From the NCBI GenBank assembly GCA_020444275.1, contig JAHLLG010000002.1, forward strand, positions 404,266 through 468,265: a stretch of 64,000 nucleotides of DNA. The letters are read 5' to 3'. Both the position numbers and the translations under genes were made by a program. This document shows positions 10,501 through 18,141 of the stretch, piece by piece. Origin of the DNA: Bacteroidota bacterium (GTDB lineage Bacteria; Bacteroidota; Bacteroidia; Bacteroidales; UBA12077). Every line of letters begins with the position of its first letter. Position 1 is the stretch's first letter. The notes beneath the pieces are model-generated. The model was not told the DNA's origin. It did not search any database and worked only from the letters and a program-made list of their open reading frames with translations.

Positions 10501-10600
10501 CTGCCTGATAGTTAATTCCTTGTGGGGATTGTGCAATGGCAAAAATACACATACACATAACTATAAAGAGAAAAAATAGTTTTTTCATGCTTGAAATCAT
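7502..10600 (-). CDS. Large secreted Cys/Asp-rich repeat protein (MopE-like metal-binding motifs, thrombospondin type-3-like Ca-binding repeats, Cys-rich repeats)
   Basis: 1032 aa with a signal peptide 'MKKLFFLFIVMCMCIFAIAQS' (an alternative start at 10588 is possible). Repeated 'D.D.DGYG...CDD.N..(I/V)NP...E.CDG.DNDC(D/N)G.(I/V)DE' modules. Two 'DSD.DGI.D..DNCP...NP.Q.D.D.(D/N)GIGD.CD' TSP3-like repeats. One 'CGNGIVEDCEECDDGN..SGDGCDSSC' Cys-rich repeat. Confidence 0.75.
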   Translation of the reverse strand: MISSMKKLFFLFIVMCMCIFAIAQSPQGINYQAVTRSSDGQLKINEDIEVEISILQGSVSGSSIFKETHEVNTGSNGIINLIIGSIETTSFQSIDWSNVPYFISVKIDGDHVGTNQILSVPYAFYANMAGNTFSGNFNDLNNVPENLDLDNTDDFDGDFQNLQNIPIHLDTDSTNDFSGSFMDLKDIPENLDLDNTDDFDGDFQSLQNTPIHLDTDSTNDFSGSFMDLKDVPENLDLDNTDDFDGDYNSLINTPSFNFYWGDQDQDGYGDKYKAVYAPEAPEGYTTNPDDCDDSNSNSYPSADEICDNMDNDCDNEIDEDAIDMQTWYLDSDNDGYGNAENYIVSCNAGEGYVTNSDDCDDENESINPSVDEYCDGMDNDCNGVIDDNPVDITTWYLDSDEDGYGNPDQIILACSQPEGYVSISNDCDDTNMNVNPDQDEFCDDIDNNCNGIIDEDAVDALTWFADLDYDGYGDPYNTIVACTQPEGYVNNDSDCDDNNPDVNPEGTEVTDGMDNDCDGEVDEGTITMCESDDDCLPGFICMNGDCIEVVASETNCSDGMDNDADGLVDCDDGDCIGTPECDGSNEDSDEDGIPNEVDNCPNTYNPMQEDENDDGIGDACDETSTCECGNGIVEDCEECDDGNLSSGDGCDSSCQLEEDQVCGDGICDAGENCETCPSDCPCEDDADGDGYSADMDCDDNNPSIYPGAPEPECSLVDYNCDGQTAPDGMQCSEGTCISGICVSDTETCNDGIINGAETDVDCGGPDCQPCSTASLCNVNSDCESGICVNGICMEASCTDGIQNGNETGVDCGGPDCTPCIIDSDGDGIIDADDNCPTEFNPNQLDSDGNGIGDICDGCIVGAACDDGNSCTENDQINEDCLCVGTPVNCDDGDPCTADACDAATGACIHTVLPESLCDKDGDGYTADLDCNDNDASINFDSDEICDGEDNNCNGSIDENPVDGVTWFVDNDGDGYGSNVSIAITCEQPEGYVSNDADCDDSAINVNPTAVEICDNGVDDNCNGAVDEGPCLM
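9026..9829 (-). repeat. Four tandem ~67-aa MopE-like modules (diverged coding repeats); two more copies near the C-terminus
   Basis: Reiterated '(W/Y)..D.D.DGYG........C...EGY......CDD.N....P...E.CD..DN(D/N)C(D/N)..IDE'. Confidence 0.6.
9842..10204 (-). repeat. In-frame tandem repeat, 132-nt (44-aa) unit, about 2.7 copies, with a 22-aa sub-period
   Basis: The unit 'FSGSFMDLKD(I/V)PENLDLDNTDDFDGDF(Q)(N/S)LQN(I/T)PIHLDTDSTND' is repeated. The nucleotide copies are near-identical by eye. Confidence 0.8.
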
Positions 10601-11082
10601 TAGGTTAATAAATAGTGTTTAATTACGATTCTTAAAGTATGTTACGAAAATAACATTATTATTAAATATTTGAAATTCAGATCAAAAAAGTTTTGTGCAA
10701 GATTGTATTCCCTGTTATTTTGACTAAATTGGTTTCGTTTATATTTCTGGCATAGATCGGTTTTTTAATATATCTTGATAATTTAAATTATGTTTTAATA
10801 TTATTTAATCTAAATTTAAATAATATTGAAATTTGGTTTTATCAGAGAACTAATAATGTTAGAAATCAACTTAGTTATAAAAAATAATAAAGATAGTACA
10901 GAATTAAAATAACATTTATATTAAGTATTTGCATATGAACCTAACTAATTTTAAAAAAAATGATTCCATTTTATGTCAGGTTGGCATACAAGGGGCTATA
11001 TTTTTGGTTTGGCAGAGAAATTGTAAATCTAAACATCTAAATATAAATATATATAAATAAAATAATTAAAAACAGGAATGAT

Positions 11083-11478
11083 ATGAATATGGAAATCTAT
11101 TTTGACGGAAATAAAAAAGTAAACGCAAATTGGAATGGAGCAACAATTAAAACGGATCAACCAGCACAAGCTGGAGGTGATGGAACTGCACCGGCACCTT
11201 TTGATCTGTTTCTGGCTTCGATTGGAACTTGCGCAGGTATATATGTTAAGGGATTTTGCGATCAGAGAGGAATCTCAACAGATAATATTAAAATTATTCA
11301 AAAGATGAATTTTAATCCTGCTACTCGCTTAATTGATAAGCTTGATCTTGAAATTCAGTTACCTGCTGATTTCCCTGAAAAATACAAAGAAGCAGTAATT
11401 AATTCTGCAAACTTATGTGCAGTTAAAAGGCACATGCAGCAACCCCCGGAATTCGATGTCTATACTAAAACTGTATAA
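11083..11478 (+). CDS. OsmC family protein (peroxiredoxin-like)
   Basis: 131 aa. The core 'APAPFDLFLASIGTCAGIYVKGFC' and a second Cys in 'ANLCAVKRH' fit the OsmC/Ohr fold pattern. Confidence 0.75.
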   Translation: MNMEIYFDGNKKVNANWNGATIKTDQPAQAGGDGTAPAPFDLFLASIGTCAGIYVKGFCDQRGISTDNIKIIQKMNFNPATRLIDKLDLEIQLPADFPEKYKEAVINSANLCAVKRHMQQPPEFDVYTKTV

Positions 11479-11485
11479 AATGTAT

Positions 11486-11520
11486 ACCCCGATTTTTTGA
11501 GTCGGGGTTTATTTTTTCTT
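11486..11520 (+). terminator. Rho-independent terminator
   Basis: ACCCCGA-(loop)-TCGGGGT hairpin followed by TTATTTTTTCTT, 8 nt after the OsmC stop. Confidence 0.65.
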
Positions 11521-11640
11521 TCTATCAGACTAAAAACTTTCTTATATAGAATTAATTCTGTAAAATTTGCCACAGAAGAATCTAAAATTAAGATAAATCC
11601 TTTTTTCTCATTATTTTTACAATTCAAATAATGAGAGTGA

Positions 11641-12027
11641 ATGGAACATATATTTAAGACCGAAGTAAGAGGTTACGAATTAGATTCGTATGGACATGTT
11701 AATAATGCAGTATATATTAATTATTTGGAACAAGCCCGTTGGGAGATATTGAAAAAAGACGAGGTATTAAAATCGCTGTATCATAAGAATCTGTTGTTGG
11801 TTGTTACCGAAACAAATATTCGCTACATGCGCGAACTAAAATTATTTGATAAGATTGAAATAGAAACTATCATAAAATTTGAAGCACCATACCTAATCTT
11901 TAATCACGATTTGGTTAATGTTTCAGCAAATACAAAATCAGCAAAGGCGGTAGTTAAAACACTGTTAATCGATCAAGACAGGATACCTCAGGATATTCCT
12001 GCAGAATTATTATCATTGGTAAATTAA
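11641..12027 (+). CDS. Hotdog-fold acyl-CoA/acyl-ACP thioesterase (4HBT/YbgC type)
   Basis: 128 aa. N-terminal 'VRGYELDSYGHVNNAVYINYLEQARWE' matches the YbgC/4HBT motif. Confidence 0.75.
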   Translation: MEHIFKTEVRGYELDSYGHVNNAVYINYLEQARWEILKKDEVLKSLYHKNLLLVVTETNIRYMRELKLFDKIEIETIIKFEAPYLIFNHDLVNVSANTKSAKAVVKTLLIDQDRIPQDIPAELLSLVN

Positions 12028-12036
12028 ATCGTATAC

Positions 12037-12774
12037 ATGCAAAAATCAAATATAGTTAGTTGGGAAAGGGAGAATGAAATTGGTATCTTATCTATTTCAA
12101 ATGGTAAGGAAAATTACTTGAATGTACCTGATTTTTTGGATATTTATGATCTAAAAAGATGGATGGAGGAGGAAGGTTTAAAAGGAGTTCTAATTACCGG
12201 GATTGGACGCAATTTTTCTGCTGGTGCCGATTTGGATAAGTTGAAAAGCTTGGTTGCCAGTGCTAACAAATTAGAAGCAAGTCTAAACAAAGGTAAAGAA
12301 ATATTAGATTATATAGAAGATCTAAATATTCCGGTTGTTGCTGCAATCAATGGATTATGTTTTGGAGGCGGTTTGGAAATAGCATTAGCAAGTCACATAC
12401 GAATTGCATCGGAAAGGGCTCTGTTTGCATTTCCGGAAACTAATCATGGGCTAATTCCGGGACTAGGAGGAACATATCGCTTAACAAAGATACTTGGGAA
12501 AAACGCAATAGAGCTTATCTTAAGTGGTGATATGATTAATGCTGATAAGGCTAAGGAATTAGCTTTGGTTCATACCATTGCTAACGAAAAGAATTCTCAG
12601 CAATTTGCAATGGACTATTTAAAAAGATTGGTTGCTGACAGACCTGTTGAAGTTATTCATGCTGCTATGAAAGCAATTCGGAATGCCGATACAATGGGAA
12701 GTGACCAGGCTTTAAAAGCAGAAACAGAACTGTTTTGTAACCTGGCTGTGAATATCAATGATCATGAAGAGTGA
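12037..12774 (+). CDS. Enoyl-CoA hydratase/isomerase (crotonase) family protein
   Basis: 'GRNFSAGADLDKL', 'NGLCFGGGLEIALASHIRIAS' and 'FAFPETNHGLIPGLGGTYRL'. Both catalytic Glu positions appear to be present. Confidence 0.85.
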   Translation: MQKSNIVSWERENEIGILSISNGKENYLNVPDFLDIYDLKRWMEEEGLKGVLITGIGRNFSAGADLDKLKSLVASANKLEASLNKGKEILDYIEDLNIPVVAAINGLCFGGGLEIALASHIRIASERALFAFPETNHGLIPGLGGTYRLTKILGKNAIELILSGDMINADKAKELALVHTIANEKNSQQFAMDYLKRLVADRPVEVIHAAMKAIRNADTMGSDQALKAETELFCNLAVNINDHEE

Positions 12775-13123
12775 AATGCATAAGAAAATAGTACAGGTAA
12801 AATCGGTTGATGAAATAGAAGAAATTTTATTTAAGCACGCCGATGATTATTATTTTATTGATAAAGAGTTGAAATCTGTTGAACATAAAAATACCATAAA
12901 GAGTTTGGGCGCCAGATATCTAATAAAAAAGTCAATACTTGATTTTTTGAACTTGGGCGATGAGTTTAATGATATCGAAATTGAAAACGAGGATACAGGA
13001 AGGCCTTTAGTTAAATATTCAGGAAAAGTTCGTGCTGCAATAACGAGTAAAAATGTTCGTAATGTTCAAATTTCCATTTCGCACTCAAGAAATTATGTTA
13101 CTACATTAGTTGTTATTGAATAA
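12758..13123 (+). CDS. AcpS-like 4'-phosphopantetheinyl transferase homolog, apparently degenerate
   Basis: The C-terminal half aligns with AcpS ('FNDIEIENEDTGRPLV', 'VQISISHSRNYVTTLVVIE'). The N-terminal 'GIG.DI' Asp and the 'AAKEA' Glu are replaced ('VQVKSVDEI', 'LIKKSI'). An alternative start at 12776 would avoid the 17-nt overlap with the upstream gene. Confidence 0.55.
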   Translation: MIMKSEMHKKIVQVKSVDEIEEILFKHADDYYFIDKELKSVEHKNTIKSLGARYLIKKSILDFLNLGDEFNDIEIENEDTGRPLVKYSGKVRAAITSKNVRNVQISISHSRNYVTTLVVIE

Positions 13124-13773
13124 TGTATAAAGTTTTAAATTGGCATATAAAAAAGGATATAGGATATTTAGAGATAAATAATCCACCTTCAAATCCCATG
13201 GATGTTACTTTTTTCAAGGAGTTTTATTGGTGGAGAACTGAATTATCGGAAAAGAAGGAGATAAAAGCTATTATAATTTATGGCAAAGGTCGACATTTTT
13301 CATCGGGTGCTGTGTTAAGCGATTTATTAGGAATTATAAATCGAAGGCATCAGAAAGATGGAGATATTCAGAAGGTAAGTAGTTTTTTAAACCAGAATAG
13401 CAAGCTTTTTTATTCTTTAAAAGAATTAAATATTCCGGTTATTGCTGCAGTTCGCGGAGTATGTTTGGGCTCTGCATTAGAGTTGGCCTTATGTTCCGAT
13501 TATATTGTTTGCGGAGAAAAAGCAGTTTTAGGTTTGCCAGAATCTACTTTTGGATTGATTCCGGGCTGCACCGGGACATACGTTTTACCAAAATTGGTAG
13601 GTAAGGCATTGGCAATTGATATTATTCTTTCCGGGCAAACATTTTCGCCTGCAGAGGCCAAAAATATGGGAATTGTACAACGCGTAGTTCCTACCAAAGA
13701 AGTACTGAAACATGCTGAGCAAATTGCTGAAAGATTAAAGACCAGGTTCTATAAAGAACTTAAATCCATATAA
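13123..13773 (+). CDS. Enoyl-CoA hydratase/isomerase (crotonase) family protein, short form
   Basis: 'GKGRHFSSGA', 'VRGVCLGSALELALCSDYIV' and 'LGLPESTFGLIPGCTGTYVL'. TAATG overlap with the upstream gene suggests translational coupling. Confidence 0.8.
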   Translation: MYKVLNWHIKKDIGYLEINNPPSNPMDVTFFKEFYWWRTELSEKKEIKAIIIYGKGRHFSSGAVLSDLLGIINRRHQKDGDIQKVSSFLNQNSKLFYSLKELNIPVIAAVRGVCLGSALELALCSDYIVCGEKAVLGLPESTFGLIPGCTGTYVLPKLVGKALAIDIILSGQTFSPAEAKNMGIVQRVVPTKEVLKHAEQIAERLKTRFYKELKSI

Positions 13774-13783
13774 AACTATTCAT

Positions 13784-14911
13784 ATGAGTCATAAATTATC
13801 AGACGAAATATATGTTAAATTAATCGGAGCAGGATCTTACTTGCCCGGAAAACCAATTACAATAGAAGAGGTTGATCATTATTTAGGAGAACTTTCGGAA
13901 GCACCAAGAAAAATTCAGAAATGGTTGCACCGCATGAAAAATTTAATGAAAGAGATGCTGGAAGTGGAATATTACCATTATGCCATTGATCCGGAAACGG
14001 GTGAGTTTACCGAGGATAACATTACCATGTCGGTTAAAGCAGCCAAAAATGCCCTAACTAATGCAGGATTAAAACCCGAAGATATTGATTTAATCGTATA
14101 CGGAAGCGCTCATCAGGATCAAATGCCAACAGCATCAGTTCGTATTCAGGAAGCTCTTGGAATTGAACAGTGTGGCGAAATGTCTATCCATGCAAATTGC
14201 ACCTCAGCATATAAAGCATTTTTAGTGGCAAGCGATTTTATTAAATCAGGGCGATATAAAAACGCTTTAGTGCTATCATCCAGTATGTCTTCATCAGAGT
14301 TAAGAGCCGATTATTATAATCAGGAACTTGTTAAAAAGGAGGAATTGTTTTTAAGATATTTCTTAAGCGATGGTGCAGGAGCTTTGGTCTTGCAGGCTGC
14401 AGAATCAAATGTAAATGGTTTGTTTGTAGAACATACATATATGGAGTCAATTGGTGGAAAAAAGCCAGCTGCAATGCTTAATAAACGACCGGCATACTGG
14501 ATGAATCCGAAGAAAGAATTTGAACTTGGATATCATCACCTGGCTCAAATGTTTAACGAGCAATTAAGAACGCATTTTCATGACCATGATGGAAGCGTTT
14601 TTTTAAAAGGATTAAAACGAATGCTCCAGAAGTATCCAATTAATTTAGATCAGTTAAAATATTTCCAGGTTAATTTTCCATCCAAACATATATCTGAGTT
14701 AATAATGGACGAATGTGAGGAAATAGGAATAAACAGAGATACACTCTACACTAAAATGGCTTCCATGGGCTATGCAGGTCCTCCAATGGCTTTTATATCT
14801 ATTGATAAAATTATTTCTGAAGAAAAGTTGCACTCTAATGATATAATTCTGAGCTTTGTAACCGAGGTTAGTAAATTTATGCAGGCCGGATATGTATTAA
14901 AGATGTACTAA
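13784..14911 (+). CDS. KAS III (FabH)-like thiolase-fold condensing enzyme, non-canonical active site
   Basis: 'KLIGAGSYLPG', active-site Cys context 'SIHANCTSAYKAF', and 'LSDGAGALVL'. The FabH 'PHQAN' and 'GNTSAAS' motifs are replaced by 'QVNFPSKH' and 'MGYAGPP'. Confidence 0.7.
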   Translation: MSHKLSDEIYVKLIGAGSYLPGKPITIEEVDHYLGELSEAPRKIQKWLHRMKNLMKEMLEVEYYHYAIDPETGEFTEDNITMSVKAAKNALTNAGLKPEDIDLIVYGSAHQDQMPTASVRIQEALGIEQCGEMSIHANCTSAYKAFLVASDFIKSGRYKNALVLSSSMSSSELRADYYNQELVKKEELFLRYFLSDGAGALVLQAAESNVNGLFVEHTYMESIGGKKPAAMLNKRPAYWMNPKKEFELGYHHLAQMFNEQLRTHFHDHDGSVFLKGLKRMLQKYPINLDQLKYFQVNFPSKHISELIMDECEEIGINRDTLYTKMASMGYAGPPMAFISIDKIISEEKLHSNDIILSFVTEVSKFMQAGYVLKMY

Positions 14912-15000
14912 TTTGGCATAGTTTATGTAAATCAAACAGAATAGAATCTTAATAGAATTTTTATTAACTTACAACAAATTATTAATTAACATTTAGGGTT

Positions 15001-15648
15001 ATGAAAAAGATTTTTACACTACTATTACTGGCTTTATTTGTGCAAGCATCTTTTGCACAGGAAGATGAGAAAGAAAAGCCTAAAAGAGGAGAGGATATAA
15101 ATACCATTTTTACAAAAGAAAATCTTAAGGTTACCGGTGGTTTTATTTCGCCTGAGTTAAAGGTTGGAAATGTTTACGAAGATGCATCCATGTTAGTTGG
15201 AGGTAGAATAGGTATGACATTTAATGATAAATTTAATTTAGGAATGGGAGGTTATGGATTGGTTAATAACAGCAATTTTGAAGCTATTGATTATCCTGGA
15301 ATAGATCAAGCTAGAATAAGTATGGGATATGGTGGACTTACCATGGAGTATGTTTTCTTTACCAATGAAAAAATTCATTTTACTATTCCTGTTCTTATTG
15401 GTGCCGGAGGTGTTTATATTTACGAAGATGTTGACGATTATTTTAATAACGATTGGAATGAATTAGAAAACTCAGCAGCTTTTATTGTTGAGCCTGGTAT
15501 ATATATTGAGTTTAATCTGTTTAAGTTTTTCAGAATAGATTTAGGGGCTTCTTATCGATTAGTAAGAGAAACTGACCTTGTGAATCTATCTGATGATGAT
15601 CTATCGGATTTTACAATAAACGCCGGATTTAAATTTGGATTCTTTTAA
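15001..15648 (+). CDS. Small outer-membrane beta-barrel protein (hypothetical)
   Basis: Signal peptide 'MKKIFTLLLLALFVQASFAQ', Gly/aromatic alternating strands, and a C-terminal 'GFKFGFF' with a terminal Phe. Confidence 0.6.
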   Translation: MKKIFTLLLLALFVQASFAQEDEKEKPKRGEDINTIFTKENLKVTGGFISPELKVGNVYEDASMLVGGRIGMTFNDKFNLGMGGYGLVNNSNFEAIDYPGIDQARISMGYGGLTMEYVFFTNEKIHFTIPVLIGAGGVYIYEDVDDYFNNDWNELENSAAFIVEPGIYIEFNLFKFFRIDLGASYRLVRETDLVNLSDDDLSDFTINAGFKFGFF

Positions 15649-15676
15649 TATTATTAATTGTATAGATGCTAATGTT

Positions 15677-15720
15677 GACTGTTCCTTTTGTATTAAGCGA
15701 ACAGTCTTTTTTTTTTTTTT
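15677..15720 (+). terminator. Strong rho-independent terminator
   Basis: GACTGTTC-(14-nt loop)-GAACAGTC hairpin followed by a run of 14 T. Confidence 0.8.
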
Positions 15721-15767
15721 GAAATAGAACCCGTAAATTTATTACATGAATTGATGTATTGATTGAA

Positions 15768-16769
15768 ATGAATGAGATAAAAATTATAGGTATTATTGGT
15801 AGTGGTAAAATGGGATCAGATTTGTTTAATTATCTTTCCGATTTTAATTTTCAGTTGGTATGGTTTACGCGTAACCTTGATCATAAGCAGCATTTGACAA
15901 AAACATTTCAGAAAAAAATCAAAAGACAACTAAAACATGGTATTATAACTCATGAGGTATTTGATTTTAAAAACCGATACAAGATTACAGACTGTTTAGA
16001 AGATTTGGAAAATGCAGATTTAATTATTGAATCAGTCATAGAAGAAAAAGAAATAAAGCAGGAGTTATTTAAGAAGCTTGATCAGATCGTAAAACCATCC
16101 TGTATATTAGCCTCAAACTCATCGTCTGTACTGCCCTCAGAGCTATCAGAAGTAAAAAGACCGAACAGGATTCTCGCTATACATTTTTTCTTTCCAATAG
16201 CTTTTAAAAATGTTGTTGAATTAATTGCTTCAGAGTTAACTGATGAAATAACGATAGAAAAAACCAGAATATTTCTAAAAGAGATTAAAAGATTTTTTAT
16301 TGAGCAGAATGAGAAAGGCGCTTTTATTCTGAACAGGTTCTTACTGCAATTGCAGATTGAAGCTTATAATTTAATCAAACAATATAATCTTGCATTTAAT
16401 CAGTTGGATGAAGTAAGTAAAGAACTGGTTCCTGAATTTGGTCTCTTTGAAATCATGGATCATGTAGGGCATTATACCATGTTCAATGCAGTAATGAACT
16501 ATTCACGAATGGATAAGGACAAAAAAAACTATGAGCCATTAATGAATGAATTGCAGAACAGGGCAAAGAATACAGGTAAACAAAAAGGACATTTATTTTA
16601 TGATGAACAGAAAGAATGGGCTGGAATAACGCAAGAAGCTAAACAAGAAATTATCGATACTCTTTCTGAAACTGCCAAATCATATTATAAGCAGCTAATA
16701 AACGATTATGAGTTAAATCCTTACCCTCTTAAGAAAGCTTTAGAAGAGTATTGTGGTATAGTTCTGTAA
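15768..16769 (+). CDS. 3-hydroxyacyl-CoA dehydrogenase family protein
   Basis: Rossmann 'IGIIGSGKMGSDL', 'ASNSSS' and 'HFFFPIAFKNVVELI' (HFFNP-type motif). I prefer the ATG at 15768 to the TTG at 15759 used in the ORF track. Confidence 0.8.
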   Translation: MNEIKIIGIIGSGKMGSDLFNYLSDFNFQLVWFTRNLDHKQHLTKTFQKKIKRQLKHGIITHEVFDFKNRYKITDCLEDLENADLIIESVIEEKEIKQELFKKLDQIVKPSCILASNSSSVLPSELSEVKRPNRILAIHFFFPIAFKNVVELIASELTDEITIEKTRIFLKEIKRFFIEQNEKGAFILNRFLLQLQIEAYNLIKQYNLAFNQLDEVSKELVPEFGLFEIMDHVGHYTMFNAVMNYSRMDKDKKNYEPLMNELQNRAKNTGKQKGHLFYDEQKEWAGITQEAKQEIIDTLSETAKSYYKQLINDYELNPYPLKKALEEYCGIVL

Positions 16770-16849
16770 TGAACATTACCTGTATTTAATTTGTCAATTA
16801 TTTTGTTATTTTTGAGCACTGAATCACCGAACCAATAATTGTTTAATAG

Positions 16850-18067
16850 ATGGGTAATAAAGTAGTAGTTACGGGTTTCAATATGATTACAGCCTTAGGA
16901 CTTGATTGGGAAGAAACCTGGAAAAATATACAAGAAGGGAAAAGTGGAGTAAAGAGAATATCCATATTTGATGCTTCTGATTTGCAAACCCAAGTTGCAG
17001 CAGAATTGCCTGCTGAATTTAATGATCTATCCAGAGAAAAGATTAAAAAGAGAATTTCAAAGCAAATGACACGTGTAACACAAATGTCGTATGTATGTGC
17101 ATTAGATGCTATTGAAAAGCACCAAATTGATTTTGAGCAGATAAATAAGAAGCGGGTGGGAGTAATTATGGGTGTTGTAAATACTGGTGATTCAAGTGCA
17201 GAGCAAGGAACAAATCCAAAAAATATGATTATTAAGCGTATGAACAATGCCATGTCGGCATGGATTGGAATGCGCTACAATATTGAAGGACCAAATTATA
17301 CAACATCATCGGCTTGTTCATCCTCAGCATTTGCCATTGCATTGGGGTATGATGCCATTAAAGCCGGGCGTGCCGATATGATGATTGTTGGCGGAGCTGA
17401 TTCTATTATTAATAAAGAAGAAATTGAAGGGTTTAACGAGATCTATGCACTTTCGGTGCAAAATGACAAGCCAGAAAAGGCAAGCTGTCCATTCTCTAAA
17501 AACCGCGATGGGTTTGTGATTGGTGAAGGCGCAGGAATTATGATTTTAGAATCGGAAGAATCAGCAAAAAAACGTGGAGCGACTATATATGCTGAGTTAT
17601 CTGATTATGCGTTTACCAACGAATCATATAACATTATGGCACCAAAACCTGATGGCGAAGGAATGGCAGATACCATGGAATTAGCTTTGCAACATGCCAA
17701 AATTTCAAAGGATGATGTAGATTATATCAATGCGCATGGAACCTCAACGATGCTTAACGATATGTTCGAAACCCAGGCTGTAAAGAAAGTGTTTGGTGAA
17801 CGAGCGTATAAAATTCCGGTATCATCAACCAAATCGATGACTGGACATACGATTGGTGCTGCAGGAGTGATTGAAGGTATAATAAGTGTTTTAGCGATTA
17901 AAGATAGCGTAATTCCTCCTACAATCAACTATAATGAACCTGATCCGGAACTGGATTTGGATTATGTTCCGAATAAGGCCCGAAAACAAGAAATTAAAGT
18001 AGCTTTAAGCAATTCGTTTGCTTTTGGAGGGCATAATGCAACGCTGGTTTTTAAACGGTACAGTTAG
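16850..18067 (+). CDS. Beta-ketoacyl-ACP synthase (FabF/FabB-type KS)
   Basis: Cys-His-His triad contexts: 'TSSACSSSAFAI', 'INAHGTSTMLND' and 'STKSMTGHTIGAAG'. Confidence 0.9.
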   Translation: MGNKVVVTGFNMITALGLDWEETWKNIQEGKSGVKRISIFDASDLQTQVAAELPAEFNDLSREKIKKRISKQMTRVTQMSYVCALDAIEKHQIDFEQINKKRVGVIMGVVNTGDSSAEQGTNPKNMIIKRMNNAMSAWIGMRYNIEGPNYTTSSACSSSAFAIALGYDAIKAGRADMMIVGGADSIINKEEIEGFNEIYALSVQNDKPEKASCPFSKNRDGFVIGEGAGIMILESEESAKKRGATIYAELSDYAFTNESYNIMAPKPDGEGMADTMELALQHAKISKDDVDYINAHGTSTMLNDMFETQAVKKVFGERAYKIPVSSTKSMTGHTIGAAGVIEGIISVLAIKDSVIPPTINYNEPDPELDLDYVPNKARKQEIKVALSNSFAFGGHNATLVFKRYS

Positions 18068-18105
18068 CAAAAACTTATTTATAATAATTATTTAAACATA
18101 ATAAA

Positions 18106-18130
18106 CCCATCCTGATATAGAGAGGATGGG
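18106..18130. terminator. Bidirectional rho-independent terminator
   Basis: CCCATCCT-(loop)-AGGATGGG hairpin followed by TTTTAT, between convergent genes. Confidence 0.65.
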
Positions 18131-18141
18131 TTTTATGCGTA

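Noticed and set aside
16843-17253. 136-aa minus-strand ORF overlapping the start of the KS gene
   Set aside because: It is antisense to a KS gene with an intact Cys-His-His triad. The composition is hydrophobic and low-complexity, as is typical of shadow ORFs.
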